Shown: positions 8,960 through 20,305, counted from the first letter of the stretch. The stretch: DNA of 64,000 nt from Candidatus Liptonbacteria bacterium (GCA_016204335.1 JACQKU010000011.1:541-64540), one strand, 5' to 3'. Numbers and translations are program-made. Notes: generated by a model from the letters alone, not told the origin.

Positions 8960-9514
8960 ATGAGCGAAACGCAAAAAACTTCCCGCCTCGGCGGTCTTTT
9001 AATAACTTCGACATCCGCCTGGGGTTTCGTGTGGTTTGTGAACGGCAATTTGGTCGGCTGGATGGAGAATTCTTTATGTTTTAAATATCTCGGCTGTAAT
9101 GTCGGCTTTTTCGGCTACGACGCCCTTGTTCATTTTCTTGCCGGAATAATGGAAGCAGTGTTTATTCTTTGGCTCGCGAAGAAATTTCCGAAGTTCGATT
9201 TTTTCTCCCAACCGAATACCGATTCTCCTCTTACGGAAAAAAACTTCCTGAAAAACGCTGTCACGCTCATAGCATTGGTCGCGTTGCTGAGCATCGGCTG
9301 GGAATTTTTGGAATTCGGTTATGACCAAGCAAGGATAAATGTATTCCATCACGACCTGCTATATCCGACCAACAGTTTGCGTCAAGCGGGCAACGCCGAC
9401 ACAATGGGCGATTTATTTTTCAGCCTGCTCGGCGCCGCGATTATGACAGTCGCGCCGAAATTTTTCGATAAAAAGCGCCTGACGGCAAACGCCGATAACT
9501 TAGAAAATATCTAA
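8960..9514 (+). CDS. Membrane protein (DUF2238-like)
   Basis: YDALVHF..WEFLEF..DTMGDL motifs in a hydrophobic protein. Confidence 0.65.
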   Translation: MSETQKTSRLGGLLITSTSAWGFVWFVNGNLVGWMENSLCFKYLGCNVGFFGYDALVHFLAGIMEAVFILWLAKKFPKFDFFSQPNTDSPLTEKNFLKNAVTLIALVALLSIGWEFLEFGYDQARINVFHHDLLYPTNSLRQAGNADTMGDLFFSLLGAAIMTVAPKFFDKKRLTANADNLENI

Positions 9515-10260
9515 TCTCTCTTTTTCTTCCCTTTCCGCCAAGAAACTCCCCGAAGCAAAGACGCGTATAAATCGTCTTTTGGATTGATGGATAACTCTTT
9601 CACTTCGCTGGAAGACGGATTGCGCGTTTGAAAATGAACGAATGGAACGTCTTCGATAAGCGCGAGGGGGGTTTGCTCGTTCCCTTCTCCAATTGCGAGA
9701 ACCGCCGCGGCGGCAAGCCCTTCGCTTACATTCGCTTTCGTCATTTTTAATTTTCTGCGGAATATGTCCGGCTTGCCGATATAATCGTTCAATGCCGAGA
9801 ATCCGCTATGGGCAAGTACGGTGCCGGTGGTACCCCACCGGAGCGGAGAAGTTCTGCTGTCGGTTATAATCACGCCGATATTTTTCTTCTTAAACCTCTT
9901 TGTCAGATAAACGCGGATTTCGTTCGCCGTTCGCCGTGAATCGCGCGGCCAGAGAATGTACGAGCCGTTGCCGTTCGATTCATCGACTCCAGCCGAAGGA
10001 ATCAGCATATTGTTCTTGATTGTCAGGATAACATTATATTTATTTTGCTTGAGCGGCAAAAAATAATCGGCCTCTTCCTCGATTAATTTCGTCTTATCAA
10101 CCGAATCAACCGGCGCTATCCTGCCCTCGCAGATAGAAACGATTTTTGAAGTCACTGCGAGAATTGACCGCTCAGGAATTTTTTTTACATAGCGGTCCAA
10201 AATATCGCACAGCTTCCGCCCTGGAACAATTTTATCGGTTTTGATTGGAGTTATTTTCAT
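9511..10260 (-). CDS. CofE-like gamma-glutamyl ligase (putative folate metabolism ligase, FolC2-like)
   Basis: VTSKIVSICEG, SAGVDESN, IITDSRTSPLRWG, DYIGKPDIF and GEGNEQTP; adjacent to a DHFR-like gene. Confidence 0.85.
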   Translation of the reverse strand: MKITPIKTDKIVPGRKLCDILDRYVKKIPERSILAVTSKIVSICEGRIAPVDSVDKTKLIEEEADYFLPLKQNKYNVILTIKNNMLIPSAGVDESNGNGSYILWPRDSRRTANEIRVYLTKRFKKKNIGVIITDSRTSPLRWGTTGTVLAHSGFSALNDYIGKPDIFRRKLKMTKANVSEGLAAAAVLAIGEGNEQTPLALIEDVPFVHFQTRNPSSSEVKELSINPKDDLYASLLRGVSWRKGKKKRD

Positions 10261-10276
10261 AATTTTGCTTTACCAA

Positions 10277-10310
10277 AACATTCTAACATTCTGCAGAATG
10301 TTAGAATGTT
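10277..10310. repeat. Perfect 34-bp palindrome (intergenic copy of the HSNILQNVRM element)
   Basis: AACATTCTAACATTCTGCAGAATGTTAGAATGTT; coding copies at 26790 and 31819. Confidence 0.95.
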
Positions 10311-10316
10311 ATATTT

Positions 10317-10847
10317 TCACTGAATTACATCGTAGCGCGACAAAAGTGTCCCCTGGCGATTGAGGCGGCGAACCGAAATAAGTTTTAAATTTTTAATCAT
10401 CTTGACGGGATGGACGATATTTTTTCCCGTACCGAAAATTTTCGGCTCCACTGTAAGACAGATATGTTGAATCAAGTTCGCTTTCAGAAATAAAGCGTTT
10501 ATTTCCCCTCCCCCCGCGACCAAAACTCTTTTATACTTTTGTCTTGAAAGGCGGCGGATAATCGCGCGTGGAGAATCGTTTGAAAATTCGAGCTGGCCGG
10601 GAATTTCGTATTTCCGATATTTTTGAGGATTGCGTGTCAAAATAATACGCAACCTTTCCGGAGAAAGCTTCATATACTTTTTCGCTGTCGCGTATGTTTG
10701 ACTGCCCATCACAATCGCGTCGCTTTCTTGAATAAGCCGCGCGAAATATTTTTTGTCGGCGACGGACGCCCATTCGGATGTACCCGACCGTGAACCGCGA
10801 GTAATCTTTCCGTCCACCGAAACGACTGCCGCGAGAATGGTCCTCAT
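10317..10847 (-). CDS. Dihydrofolate reductase / RibD C-terminal family protein
   Basis: SVDGKI, AIVMGSQTY, VLVAGGGEIN and EPKIFGTG. Confidence 0.85.
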   Translation of the reverse strand: MRTILAAVVSVDGKITRGSRSGTSEWASVADKKYFARLIQESDAIVMGSQTYATAKKYMKLSPERLRIILTRNPQKYRKYEIPGQLEFSNDSPRAIIRRLSRQKYKRVLVAGGGEINALFLKANLIQHICLTVEPKIFGTGKNIVHPVKMIKNLKLISVRRLNRQGTLLSRYDVIQ

Positions 10848-11509
10848 ACCTCGGAGTTTTTAAGCCATTTGACTCCCCAGTAGACGAACGGCGTTTCTAT
10901 TACCGACATAAAGCACTTAAGAAACCAATAAGGCAAAATCAAACCGGCGAGAAATATGGCATTATCGGCGAGCGGCTTGTCCAAAATATAAAAAGCGAGA
11001 GTCATAAAAATAATCGTGTCGAAAAATTGCGCGACGAAGTTGGAAACGTTATTCCGGAACCAAAGCGCACGGCTTCCGAGCTTTTCCCGAATCCATGCAA
11101 AAACAAAAACATCCGTGAACTCGGCAATTGCGAACGCAACCAAACTGGAAAGAGCGATTCTCGCCGATTTGCCGAAGATAGTGTCATACGCTCCTTCCGC
11201 GCCCGCGAAACGTCCCGATGGCGGCAACGATATAAAAATAAGAGAAGCAAGAAACAACAGAAAGATGACGAAAAGCCCCGAACGGATTACGCTTCGGGCG
11301 CGTTCCTTGCCGTGCACCTCCACAATCACATCGTTAATGGTAAAAAGAATCGGAATGACGAAAATCGCCACGCTCGCGTTCAATGTAAAACCGCCGATGG
11401 TGAACAAGGGAAATGTTTTTGCTCCCATCAGTTCGGCTACGGAAATGCAAAAAATATAAACGGAGACCAACAGGTCAAAACGGTTTACTTTTAAAAAACT
11501 CTGGTTCAT
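10844..11509 (-). CDS. yhhQ: Queuosine precursor transporter (YhhQ/VUT family)
   Basis: INDVIVEVHG, RIALSSLVAF, LWFRNNVSNFVAQFFDT and ETPFVY; the ATG overlaps the purA stop. Confidence 0.88.
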   Translation of the reverse strand: MNQSFLKVNRFDLLVSVYIFCISVAELMGAKTFPLFTIGGFTLNASVAIFVIPILFTINDVIVEVHGKERARSVIRSGLFVIFLLFLASLIFISLPPSGRFAGAEGAYDTIFGKSARIALSSLVAFAIAEFTDVFVFAWIREKLGSRALWFRNNVSNFVAQFFDTIIFMTLAFYILDKPLADNAIFLAGLILPYWFLKCFMSVIETPFVYWGVKWLKNSEV

Positions 11510-12816
11510 TGTTCGCATTCTATCAGGTCGCTCCGCTTTTCGCCGATTCCGAGAAAACGCATCTCCGCGCCGGTAAACGCTTTCATAATAGCATTGCAAT
11601 ATTGTCGCGCGCTTTCCGGCAAATCATCGAAATTTTTTGCGGAAGAAATGTTTTCATTCCAACCGTCAAATTCTCCGCCATACACGGGCTCGCACTGGAT
11701 TAAAAACTCGTCGTCTGTCTGAAAACGCTCGACAGCTTGGCCTTTGCATTTATATCCGGAACAAATTTTTATATTGCCGGCGCCGGATAACGTATCAAGT
11801 TTGGTTATGGCGATATCGGTGAAGCCGTTGATTTCGTGGGCGTATTGCGCGGCAACCGAGTCGAAAAATCCGACACGCCGGGGCCTGCCGGTGGTCGTGC
11901 CGTATTCGTGTCCGCGCTCGCGGATTAAATCGCCCTGCTCGTTTTTCAGTTCAGTCGGCATGCCTCCCTCTCCTACGCGGGTTTGGTACGCCTTGAACAC
12001 TCCGACGACGCGCGTCAGACGAAGCGGCGGCATTCCCGCGCCGACAAGCAATCCGCCGACAGTCGAATTGGAAGCCGTAACTTTCGGATATGTGCCGTGG
12101 TCAAGATCGAGAAGCGCGCCGTGCGCGCCTTCTATCACGAACTTTGCTCCTCGCCCCAGATGCTCGTGAACAATCGGTTCGGTATCAACAATTATTTTGC
12201 CAAATTTTTCCGCGGCTTCGCGGATAAGGCCTTCGTAATATTCCGCTTTGAATTCATCCGGAATCGCGCTTCCGGAAAAAATCTTTGCTTTTTTTGACAG
12301 CACCGAGCGGAGTTCCTGCAAACATTTGTCCGGATTCCGGAGCATCCGCGCCTGCAGTCCTATTCGCTCCGCTTTGTCCATATAGGTCGGGCCTATGCCG
12401 CGCTTCGTGGTCCCAATCTTTTTTTCGCCGCGTCCGTCTTCCTGCGCGCGGTCGAGAAATAAATGATAGTCGAACGCCAAATGCGCTTTCGGGCTAATGC
12501 GAAGATTTTGCGCGCTCACGCCGCGGGCTTCCAGTTCCGCGATTTCTTTCAAGAGCGTTTTCGGATTCAGCGCCACGCCGGCTCCGATTATATTTACGGT
12601 TTTCGGATTAAAAATTCCGGCGGGAACCAGATGCAAAGCGAATTTTCCGAGGTCATTCGAAACCGTATGGCCGGCGTTATCGCCGCCCTGCGAACGTATT
12701 ACGACGTCCGCGTCCGCGGACAAATAGTCAACGATTTTGCCTTTGCCCTCGTCGCCCCACTGGCCTCCAACGACCGCGATGACTTCTGATTCTTTTCGAG
12801 CACTTGTTCTAAACAT
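11506..12816 (-). CDS. purA: Adenylosuccinate synthetase
   Basis: GQWGDEGKGK, GIGPTYMDK and EYGTTTGRPRRVG. Confidence 0.97.
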   Translation of the reverse strand: MFRTSARKESEVIAVVGGQWGDEGKGKIVDYLSADADVVIRSQGGDNAGHTVSNDLGKFALHLVPAGIFNPKTVNIIGAGVALNPKTLLKEIAELEARGVSAQNLRISPKAHLAFDYHLFLDRAQEDGRGEKKIGTTKRGIGPTYMDKAERIGLQARMLRNPDKCLQELRSVLSKKAKIFSGSAIPDEFKAEYYEGLIREAAEKFGKIIVDTEPIVHEHLGRGAKFVIEGAHGALLDLDHGTYPKVTASNSTVGGLLVGAGMPPLRLTRVVGVFKAYQTRVGEGGMPTELKNEQGDLIRERGHEYGTTTGRPRRVGFFDSVAAQYAHEINGFTDIAITKLDTLSGAGNIKICSGYKCKGQAVERFQTDDEFLIQCEPVYGGEFDGWNENISSAKNFDDLPESARQYCNAIMKAFTGAEMRFLGIGEKRSDLIECEQ

Positions 12817-12847
12817 GTCGCATTTGACGGAAAAACTTTGAACAAAA

Positions 12848-14311
12848 CTACCTCCAGTAATTCGGCGATTGCTCGGTTATGTCTATGTCGTGCGGATGGC
12901 TCTCCGCGATTCCGGCCTGCGTCACCTGCGTGAATTTTCCATTCGTCTGCAAATCCTTTATGGTCGGCGTTCCGCAATAGCCCATCGCCGCGCGAAGGCC
13001 TCCCGTTATCTGATAGACAATCTCGCGGACATATCCCCTGTACGGCACGCGGCCCTCGATGCCTTCCGGCACGAGCTTCGCCAGATTTTCTTCCGCGTCC
13101 TGAAAATACCTGTCGCGCGTGCCTTCGGCCATTGCGCCGAGCGAGCCCATGCCGCGGTATATTTTATATTTCCTGCCGTTGTAAATAATCGTTTTGCCCG
13201 GCGATTCTTCGAGTCCGGCGAGCATATTCCCGAGCATCACGGTTGACGCGCCGCCCGCAATCGCTTTCGCGACATCGCCCGTAAAACGAATTCCTCCGTC
13301 AGCGATAAGCGGAACGTCATATTTCATGCATATCTCGGCGCAATTCATTACGGCGGAAAGCTGGGGCACGCCGACGCCCGCGATAATGCGCGTCGTGCAA
13401 ATCGAGCCGGGACCCACGCCGACTTTCACCGCGTCAACGCCGGCTTTGATTGACGCTTCGGCGGCTTCCGGAGTCGCGACATTGCCGCTTATAATCTGCA
13501 GCTTCGGCCATGCCTGCCGGATTTCCCGAATTCGGTCCAGAACTTTTTTCGCGTGGCCGTGGGCGGTATCCACCGTTATCACATCAACGCCGGCTTTAAT
13601 AAGCTTTTCAACACGCTCAAGAGTATCGGTCGCCACGCCAACCGCCGCTCCAACGCGCAACCGGCCCTTCTCGTCTTTCGACGCCCCCGGAAAACTTTTT
13701 CTTTTTTCAATATCTTTGAACGTAATTAGTCCTTTCAGCATAAAATCGCCGTCCACTATCAAAAGCTTTTCGATTTTATGCGTATGCAGAATTTTTTGCG
13801 CTTCATCGAGGCCGATTCCAACCGGCGCCGTCACGAGTTTTTTTGTCATTATTTCTTCAAGACGCTTCGAGCCCTCGGTTTGGAACCGGAGGTCGCGATT
13901 CGTGACAATGCCGGCGAGCTTGCCGCTTCCATCCGTTATCGGAATACCGCTCACGCGGTATTTCCGCATCAGCGCTTGGGCGTCTTTCACTGTCTGCTCC
14001 GGACGAAGCGTGAAGGGCTCGGAAATTATTCCCGACTCGGAACGCTTGACCTGCTCCACCATTTCAACCTGCCGCTCGATTGAAAGATTTTTATGGAGAA
14101 TGCCAATGCCGCCCTCGCGCGCCAAAGCCATCGCCATTTCGGTTTCCGTGATGGTATCCATAGCCGCGCTGACGAGCGGAGTATTGAGTTCGACTTCGCG
14201 CGTCAGCCGCGTGCGAAGGTCAACCTCCCGCGGCAGTATTTCCGAATATCCCGGGATAAGGAGAACATCGTCGTACGCGAGCCCCTGCCCGGCTACTTTT
14301 TGGTTTGACAT
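12848..14311 (-). CDS. guaB: IMP dehydrogenase
   Basis: SAAMDT, CBS domains, GVGPGSICTTR and YRGMGSLGAM. Confidence 0.97.
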   Translation of the reverse strand: MSNQKVAGQGLAYDDVLLIPGYSEILPREVDLRTRLTREVELNTPLVSAAMDTITETEMAMALAREGGIGILHKNLSIERQVEMVEQVKRSESGIISEPFTLRPEQTVKDAQALMRKYRVSGIPITDGSGKLAGIVTNRDLRFQTEGSKRLEEIMTKKLVTAPVGIGLDEAQKILHTHKIEKLLIVDGDFMLKGLITFKDIEKRKSFPGASKDEKGRLRVGAAVGVATDTLERVEKLIKAGVDVITVDTAHGHAKKVLDRIREIRQAWPKLQIISGNVATPEAAEASIKAGVDAVKVGVGPGSICTTRIIAGVGVPQLSAVMNCAEICMKYDVPLIADGGIRFTGDVAKAIAGGASTVMLGNMLAGLEESPGKTIIYNGRKYKIYRGMGSLGAMAEGTRDRYFQDAEENLAKLVPEGIEGRVPYRGYVREIVYQITGGLRAAMGYCGTPTIKDLQTNGKFTQVTQAGIAESHPHDIDITEQSPNYWR

Positions 14312-14379
14312 AAGATTACTTTAACATAAAGCTGTTCGGCGGCAAAATCAAATAAATAATTGTGTGGTAAAATTTCTGC

Positions 14380-16161
14380 ATGAAGCCGGAAATACGGAGT
14401 TGTGAAAACTGTGATAGCCAGTTCACTATTGAGTCCGACGATTTTGCTTTTTATGAAAAAATCGACGTGCCGCCGCCGACATGGTGTCCCGAGTGCCGCA
14501 ACATAAGGAGAATGGCGTGGCGGGAGGAACGTTCGCTGTACCGCGGCACGTGCAAGCTCTGCAAAAAATCAATCATCAGCATACATTCGCCGGACGGCCC
14601 ATTTACCGTTTACTGCCGCGAATGCTGGAAATCCGACAAATGGGACCCGATGGATTACGGCCGGGACTACGATTTCAATCAACCGTTTTTTTCTCAATAC
14701 CGAAAACTTATGGAAGCCGTCCCCCGTCCCGCGCTCACCGGCATTAATGTAATAAACAGCGATTTTTCGCACGGATGCGAAAGCTGTAAAAACTGTTACT
14801 TCACCTTCTACAGCTGGCATTCTCAAGATTCGCAGTACTGCTATGGCCTCCTTCTCTCGCGAGACACCTACGATTCTTACGCTGTCGACAATTCGGACCA
14901 TGCTTACGAGTCGCTCCATTCCAATCGTCTCTATAAGGTTCGCTTCGGATACTTCGCAGATGATTGTCTTGACTCTTCTTTTCTTTTTGACTGCGTCGGC
15001 TGTTCGGATTGTTTCGGATGCGTAAATCTCCGAAAACAGAAATACTGCATGTTCAACGAGAAACTTTCAAAAGACGAGTACAGAGAGCAGATGGCATACT
15101 GGGATTTGGGAAGCTACGCGCGCCTGCAGGAAGCGAAAGAAAAGTTCCGTTCTATCTATCTTTCGACTCCACGCCGATTTGCCCATATACGAAATAGCCA
15201 GAACGTAACCGGCGATATTATCAGAGACGCAAAAAACTGCCAAACGTGTTTTACGGCTCTTGACGGCGTTCAGAACTGCAAATATGTATACACCGGCGGC
15301 TTGAATCTCAAGGATAGCTATGACGTGAGTGCCGGCGGAGACATGTCTGAACTGCTCTATGAAATTTACGGAGTCACGCAGTCCCAGCGATGCCTTTTTT
15401 CAGTGGGGGGAACCAATTCAATAGATACGCTCTATTGCGACTGGGCATATAACTCATCGAATCTTTTCGGATGTACGTCGTTGAAACATAAACGGTACTG
15501 TATCCTCAATAAACAATATAGCCGAGATGAATACGAAAAGCTTGTCGCCAAAATAAGACGGCATATGAACGAAATGCCTTATGTTGACCAAAAAGGACGA
15601 GAATACAAATTCGGTGAATTCTTTCCCGTGGAACTTTCCGCGTATGCCTATAACGAGACATTTTCATTCATATGGTATCCGAAAACAAAAGAAGAAACGC
15701 TCAAAGAAGGATGGAAATGGCAAGACCCCCAAGAACGTTCGTATCAGGTCACGGCGCGACCCGAAGATTTGCCTGACCATATCCGCGATGTTGCCGATTC
15801 CATTTTGAAAGAAACGGTTGGGTGTATGCATTTTGGGAAATGCAATGAACAATGCGCGACGGCTTTTCGCTTGACGACGGAAGAACTCGCTTTTTATCGC
15901 AAAATGAATATCGCTTTGCCTCGCCTGTGTCCAAACTGCCGATACGCCGAACTAAGGCGGTGGCGAAACAGCTTTCATTTGTGGAAAAGAAAATGCATGT
16001 GCTTGTCCTCTGAAGCTTTGGCGAAGGAGGATGCATACAAAAACACAATCTCGCATTTTCACGCCACCGATCCCTGCCCAAATGAATTCGAAACCACTTA
16101 TTCGCACGATAAGCCGGAAATCGTATACTGCGACCAATGCTATAAAGCTGAATTCTTATGA
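14380..16161 (+). CDS. Cys-rich conserved hypothetical protein (multi-CxxC, CPR-type)
   Basis: CENC, CPEC, CKLC, CREC, CFGCVNLRKQKYC, CPNC and CDQC; 30-bp element at 16002-16031 (LSSEALAKED). Confidence 0.85.
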   Translation: MKPEIRSCENCDSQFTIESDDFAFYEKIDVPPPTWCPECRNIRRMAWREERSLYRGTCKLCKKSIISIHSPDGPFTVYCRECWKSDKWDPMDYGRDYDFNQPFFSQYRKLMEAVPRPALTGINVINSDFSHGCESCKNCYFTFYSWHSQDSQYCYGLLLSRDTYDSYAVDNSDHAYESLHSNRLYKVRFGYFADDCLDSSFLFDCVGCSDCFGCVNLRKQKYCMFNEKLSKDEYREQMAYWDLGSYARLQEAKEKFRSIYLSTPRRFAHIRNSQNVTGDIIRDAKNCQTCFTALDGVQNCKYVYTGGLNLKDSYDVSAGGDMSELLYEIYGVTQSQRCLFSVGGTNSIDTLYCDWAYNSSNLFGCTSLKHKRYCILNKQYSRDEYEKLVAKIRRHMNEMPYVDQKGREYKFGEFFPVELSAYAYNETFSFIWYPKTKEETLKEGWKWQDPQERSYQVTARPEDLPDHIRDVADSILKETVGCMHFGKCNEQCATAFRLTTEELAFYRKMNIALPRLCPNCRYAELRRWRNSFHLWKRKCMCLSSEALAKEDAYKNTISHFHATDPCPNEFETTYSHDKPEIVYCDQCYKAEFL

Positions 16162-16407
16162 ATCCTCACACCTATCAAAGATCATATCTACGATTATTTA
16201 TGAATGAGCATTTACAGCACAATTGTAAAATGGTCGCTCAATATAACGCAGGATTCGTATCTCTTTAAGACGCAAATCTTTGATAGGTGTAAGGATGAAA
16301 TTTTTCTGGCGTTTGAAAAAATACCGGTATATCCTTCAACTGCTCTGGCAATCAGCGCGGTTTCGGGTCAGAATATTTATTCATAACGTAATAAATAAAA
16401 ACTGAAT

Positions 16408-16854
16408 ATGAGTAAGCCCAAAGTAAAAACCATAACGATTTGCAGCAGCGCTTCGTTTTTCAAGCAAGCCGTCGAAATGGAAGCGAAGCTGAAAAAATTG
16501 GGATTCAAAGTGGAATTGCCGCCTACCGCCTTGAAAATGAAACGGAGCAATGATTTTAATGTGCTACATTACAAAACATGGTTTAAAAATCCGGACGACT
16601 ATAAGAAAAAAGGTTTTCTGCTTAGAGAGCACTTCAATAAAGTCATACGAAGCGACGTAGTGCTAATTTTAAATTATGAAAAACATGGGATTAAAGGATA
16701 TATTGGCGGGAATACTCTTATTGAAATGGGATTTGCATTTCACTACAAAAAACCCATTTACATCTTGAATCGGATATCGGGATTGCCTTACAAAGAAGAA
16801 ATACTGGGTTTCCAGCCAATCTTCATCAATGGAGATATCAAGAAAATAGTTTAG
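16408..16854 (+). CDS. Hypothetical protein, nucleoside 2-deoxyribosyltransferase-like fold
   Basis: ITICSS N-terminus; SDVVLIL..GGNTLIEMGFAFHYKKPI pattern. Confidence 0.6.
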   Translation: MSKPKVKTITICSSASFFKQAVEMEAKLKKLGFKVELPPTALKMKRSNDFNVLHYKTWFKNPDDYKKKGFLLREHFNKVIRSDVVLILNYEKHGIKGYIGGNTLIEMGFAFHYKKPIYILNRISGLPYKEEILGFQPIFINGDIKKIV

Positions 16855-16871
16855 GATTAAAATTTACTTGC

Positions 16872-18494
16872 ATGAAAAAAATGAAAACAGCGCTCATATC
16901 GGTTTACCATAAAGACGGCATCGCCGAGTTTGCGAAAGAACTTGTCGGGCTCGGGTTTACGATTTACGCGTCAGGCGGAACCGCTAAACATCTCGCGGCG
17001 GCCGGCGTTGAAGTTACTGACGTGGCAATGTTGGTCGGCGGCGGCGCGATTCTCGGCCATCGCGTAGTCACGCTTTCGCGCGAAATCCACGCGGGGCTTC
17101 TGTCGCGGAACGTTCAGGAAGACATCGACGAACTCGCGCGGCTCGGCATCCCCCGCTTTGACCTCGTCTGCGTTGACTTGTATCCGCTCGAAGAAGAAAT
17201 CGCGAAACCGGACGGCACAAGAGAATCGGTAATCGAAAAAACCGACATCGGCGGTCCGACCTTGATTCGTTCCGCGGTAAAAGGCGGACGGCTCGTGATT
17301 TGCGAACCGGATGACCGGCAAAAAGCAATCGACTGGCTCAAGGCCGGCGAACCGGAAATAGCGACAAGGGACATGCGACAAGGAATAAGCGAATCAAAAG
17401 GTTTTATGGAAAAGCAAGCCGCCAAGGGAGAATTTATTGTCGCGAAATATGTTTCTGCTTCTGCCGAATATTTAAGCAATGGAAAATATGCCGACATGTT
17501 AGGACAAGAAATCGCCGCGTGCAAATACGGCGAAAACGCGGCGCAGACACCAGCGGCTCTTTTTTCCTCCGGCGCAAACGACCCTCTCGCGCTCGACAAA
17601 TTCAAACTAATCGAAGGAATCGCGCCGAGCTACAACAACTGGTGCGACATTGACCGGATGCTTCAGACAATCACGCACATCGCCGCCGCGCATTCAAAAA
17701 ATCGAAACTCGATTCCGTTCATCGCAGTCGGCGTAAAACACGGCAACGCGTGCGGCGCCGCCGTCGGCGATTCAAAATCCGAAGCGCTCAAAAAAATGAT
17801 GGCCGGCGACCCGCTCGCCATATTCGGCGGACTGATTATGACGAATTTTCCCGTTAACGAAAGCGTGACGGAACATCTCGCCGGAAAACTGCTCGATGCC
17901 GTCATCGCTCCGGGTTTTTCCCCGGAAGCGATTGCCGCGTTAAAACGGAAAGGCGGCAAATGCCGGCTCATCGCGAATGAAGCTTTGCAATCGCTTGACG
18001 AAAAATGTTTGGATAACGCTGTCCGTTTCCGGTATGTCCGCGGCGGATTCCTGCGCCAGCCGAATTATACGTTCGTTCTTGATTTGAAAAGCGAGGAACT
18101 CAAAAAATATGGGGCAATCTCGCCGGAACTGGAAAATGATTTGCTTCTCGCGTGGGCAATCGGAGCCACGAGCAACAGCAACACCATTGCCATCGTGAAA
18201 AACGGCCAACTTCTCGGCAACGGCGTTGGCCAGCAGGACCGCGTCGGCGCTGCGAAACTAGCGATCGAGCGGGCGCGCCGTTCAGAACACGACATAAAGG
18301 GAGCGGTTGCGTACAGCGATTCGTTCTTTCCTTTTCCCGACGGCCCGAAAATTCTTATCGATGCCGGAGTAAAAGCGATTCTCGCGACAAGCGGCTCAAT
18401 CAGGGACAAAGAAATAATTTCTTTATGCCAAGAACTGAACGTAGCGCTCTATATGATACCTGACGCCGTCGGCCGCGGATTTTTCGGGCATTGA
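16872..18494 (+). CDS. purH: Bifunctional AICAR transformylase/IMP cyclohydrolase (divergent)
   Basis: ALISVYHKDG, ASGGTA, DIGGPT, YGEN, KHGNACG, SNT, GQQDRV and SDSFFPFPD. Confidence 0.9.
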   Translation: MKKMKTALISVYHKDGIAEFAKELVGLGFTIYASGGTAKHLAAAGVEVTDVAMLVGGGAILGHRVVTLSREIHAGLLSRNVQEDIDELARLGIPRFDLVCVDLYPLEEEIAKPDGTRESVIEKTDIGGPTLIRSAVKGGRLVICEPDDRQKAIDWLKAGEPEIATRDMRQGISESKGFMEKQAAKGEFIVAKYVSASAEYLSNGKYADMLGQEIAACKYGENAAQTPAALFSSGANDPLALDKFKLIEGIAPSYNNWCDIDRMLQTITHIAAAHSKNRNSIPFIAVGVKHGNACGAAVGDSKSEALKKMMAGDPLAIFGGLIMTNFPVNESVTEHLAGKLLDAVIAPGFSPEAIAALKRKGGKCRLIANEALQSLDEKCLDNAVRFRYVRGGFLRQPNYTFVLDLKSEELKKYGAISPELENDLLLAWAIGATSNSNTIAIVKNGQLLGNGVGQQDRVGAAKLAIERARRSEHDIKGAVAYSDSFFPFPDGPKILIDAGVKAILATSGSIRDKEIISLCQELNVALYMIPDAVGRGFFGH

Positions 18495-18552
18495 AAATCT
18501 TAGCGAGCTTCGAGCTCTTGATTTTTCTGCAAAGAGTATTACAATATCCGAT

Positions 18553-18780
18553 ATGCCACCTGAAAACATTGAACCGCCTGCCGGATTAAGCGGCACGGAA
18601 ACTCCGAAAGGACGGAGAATTTGCGCATGGTGCAAAAAAGATTTAGGGCCCGCGGAAACGGAAGAAGATACGCACGGCATGTGCGACGAATGCAAAACAA
18701 AAGCTTTCGCGCAGTTGGCAGAACTTAAAGCAGAAAAGGAAGAAGCGCCGGCAAAAAATCCTCCTGCGGAAAAAGAATGA
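18553..18780 (+). CDS. Small putative Zn-binding protein
   Basis: CAWC..HGMCDEC; TTGATT-16-TACAAT lies 7 nt before the ATG. Confidence 0.7.
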   Translation: MPPENIEPPAGLSGTETPKGRRICAWCKKDLGPAETEEDTHGMCDECKTKAFAQLAELKAEKEEAPAKNPPAEKE

Positions 18781-18861
18781 GTGGTTTGAAAATTTTAACT
18801 GATTCCAACACAGAAACTTTTGGGTTTTGAGAAACCCAAACTAATCCTCCCAACGCGGAAA

Positions 18862-18988
18862 CTTTCTATTTGAGAGGGGCTATCGGAGCCCCGACGGGCT
18901 TGGTGTCGCCTCAGACGACCCGTCGGGGCGAGATGCAGGCGCATTTTGCCGCTGGAGCAAAATGACGCCGACCCTCTCAAATAGAAAG
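18862..18988. repeat. Structured element with perfect 17-bp terminal inverted repeats and two internal hairpins
   Basis: CTTTCTATTTGAGAGGG / CCCTCTCAAATAGAAAG; inner stems 18888-18929 and 18938-18969. Confidence 0.8.
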
Positions 18989-18997
18989 CTGAAGCCC

Positions 18998-20305
<1,308 letters not shown>

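Noticed and set aside
13194-14324. Long antisense ORFs (376 aa opposite guaB; also 32713-33903, 7659-8489, 52809-53519)
   Set aside because: Shadow frames of well-supported genes, with no motifs of their own.
16204-16386. 60-aa ORF between the Cys-rich gene and 16408
   Set aside because: No motif or clear initiation signal; cannot be supported.
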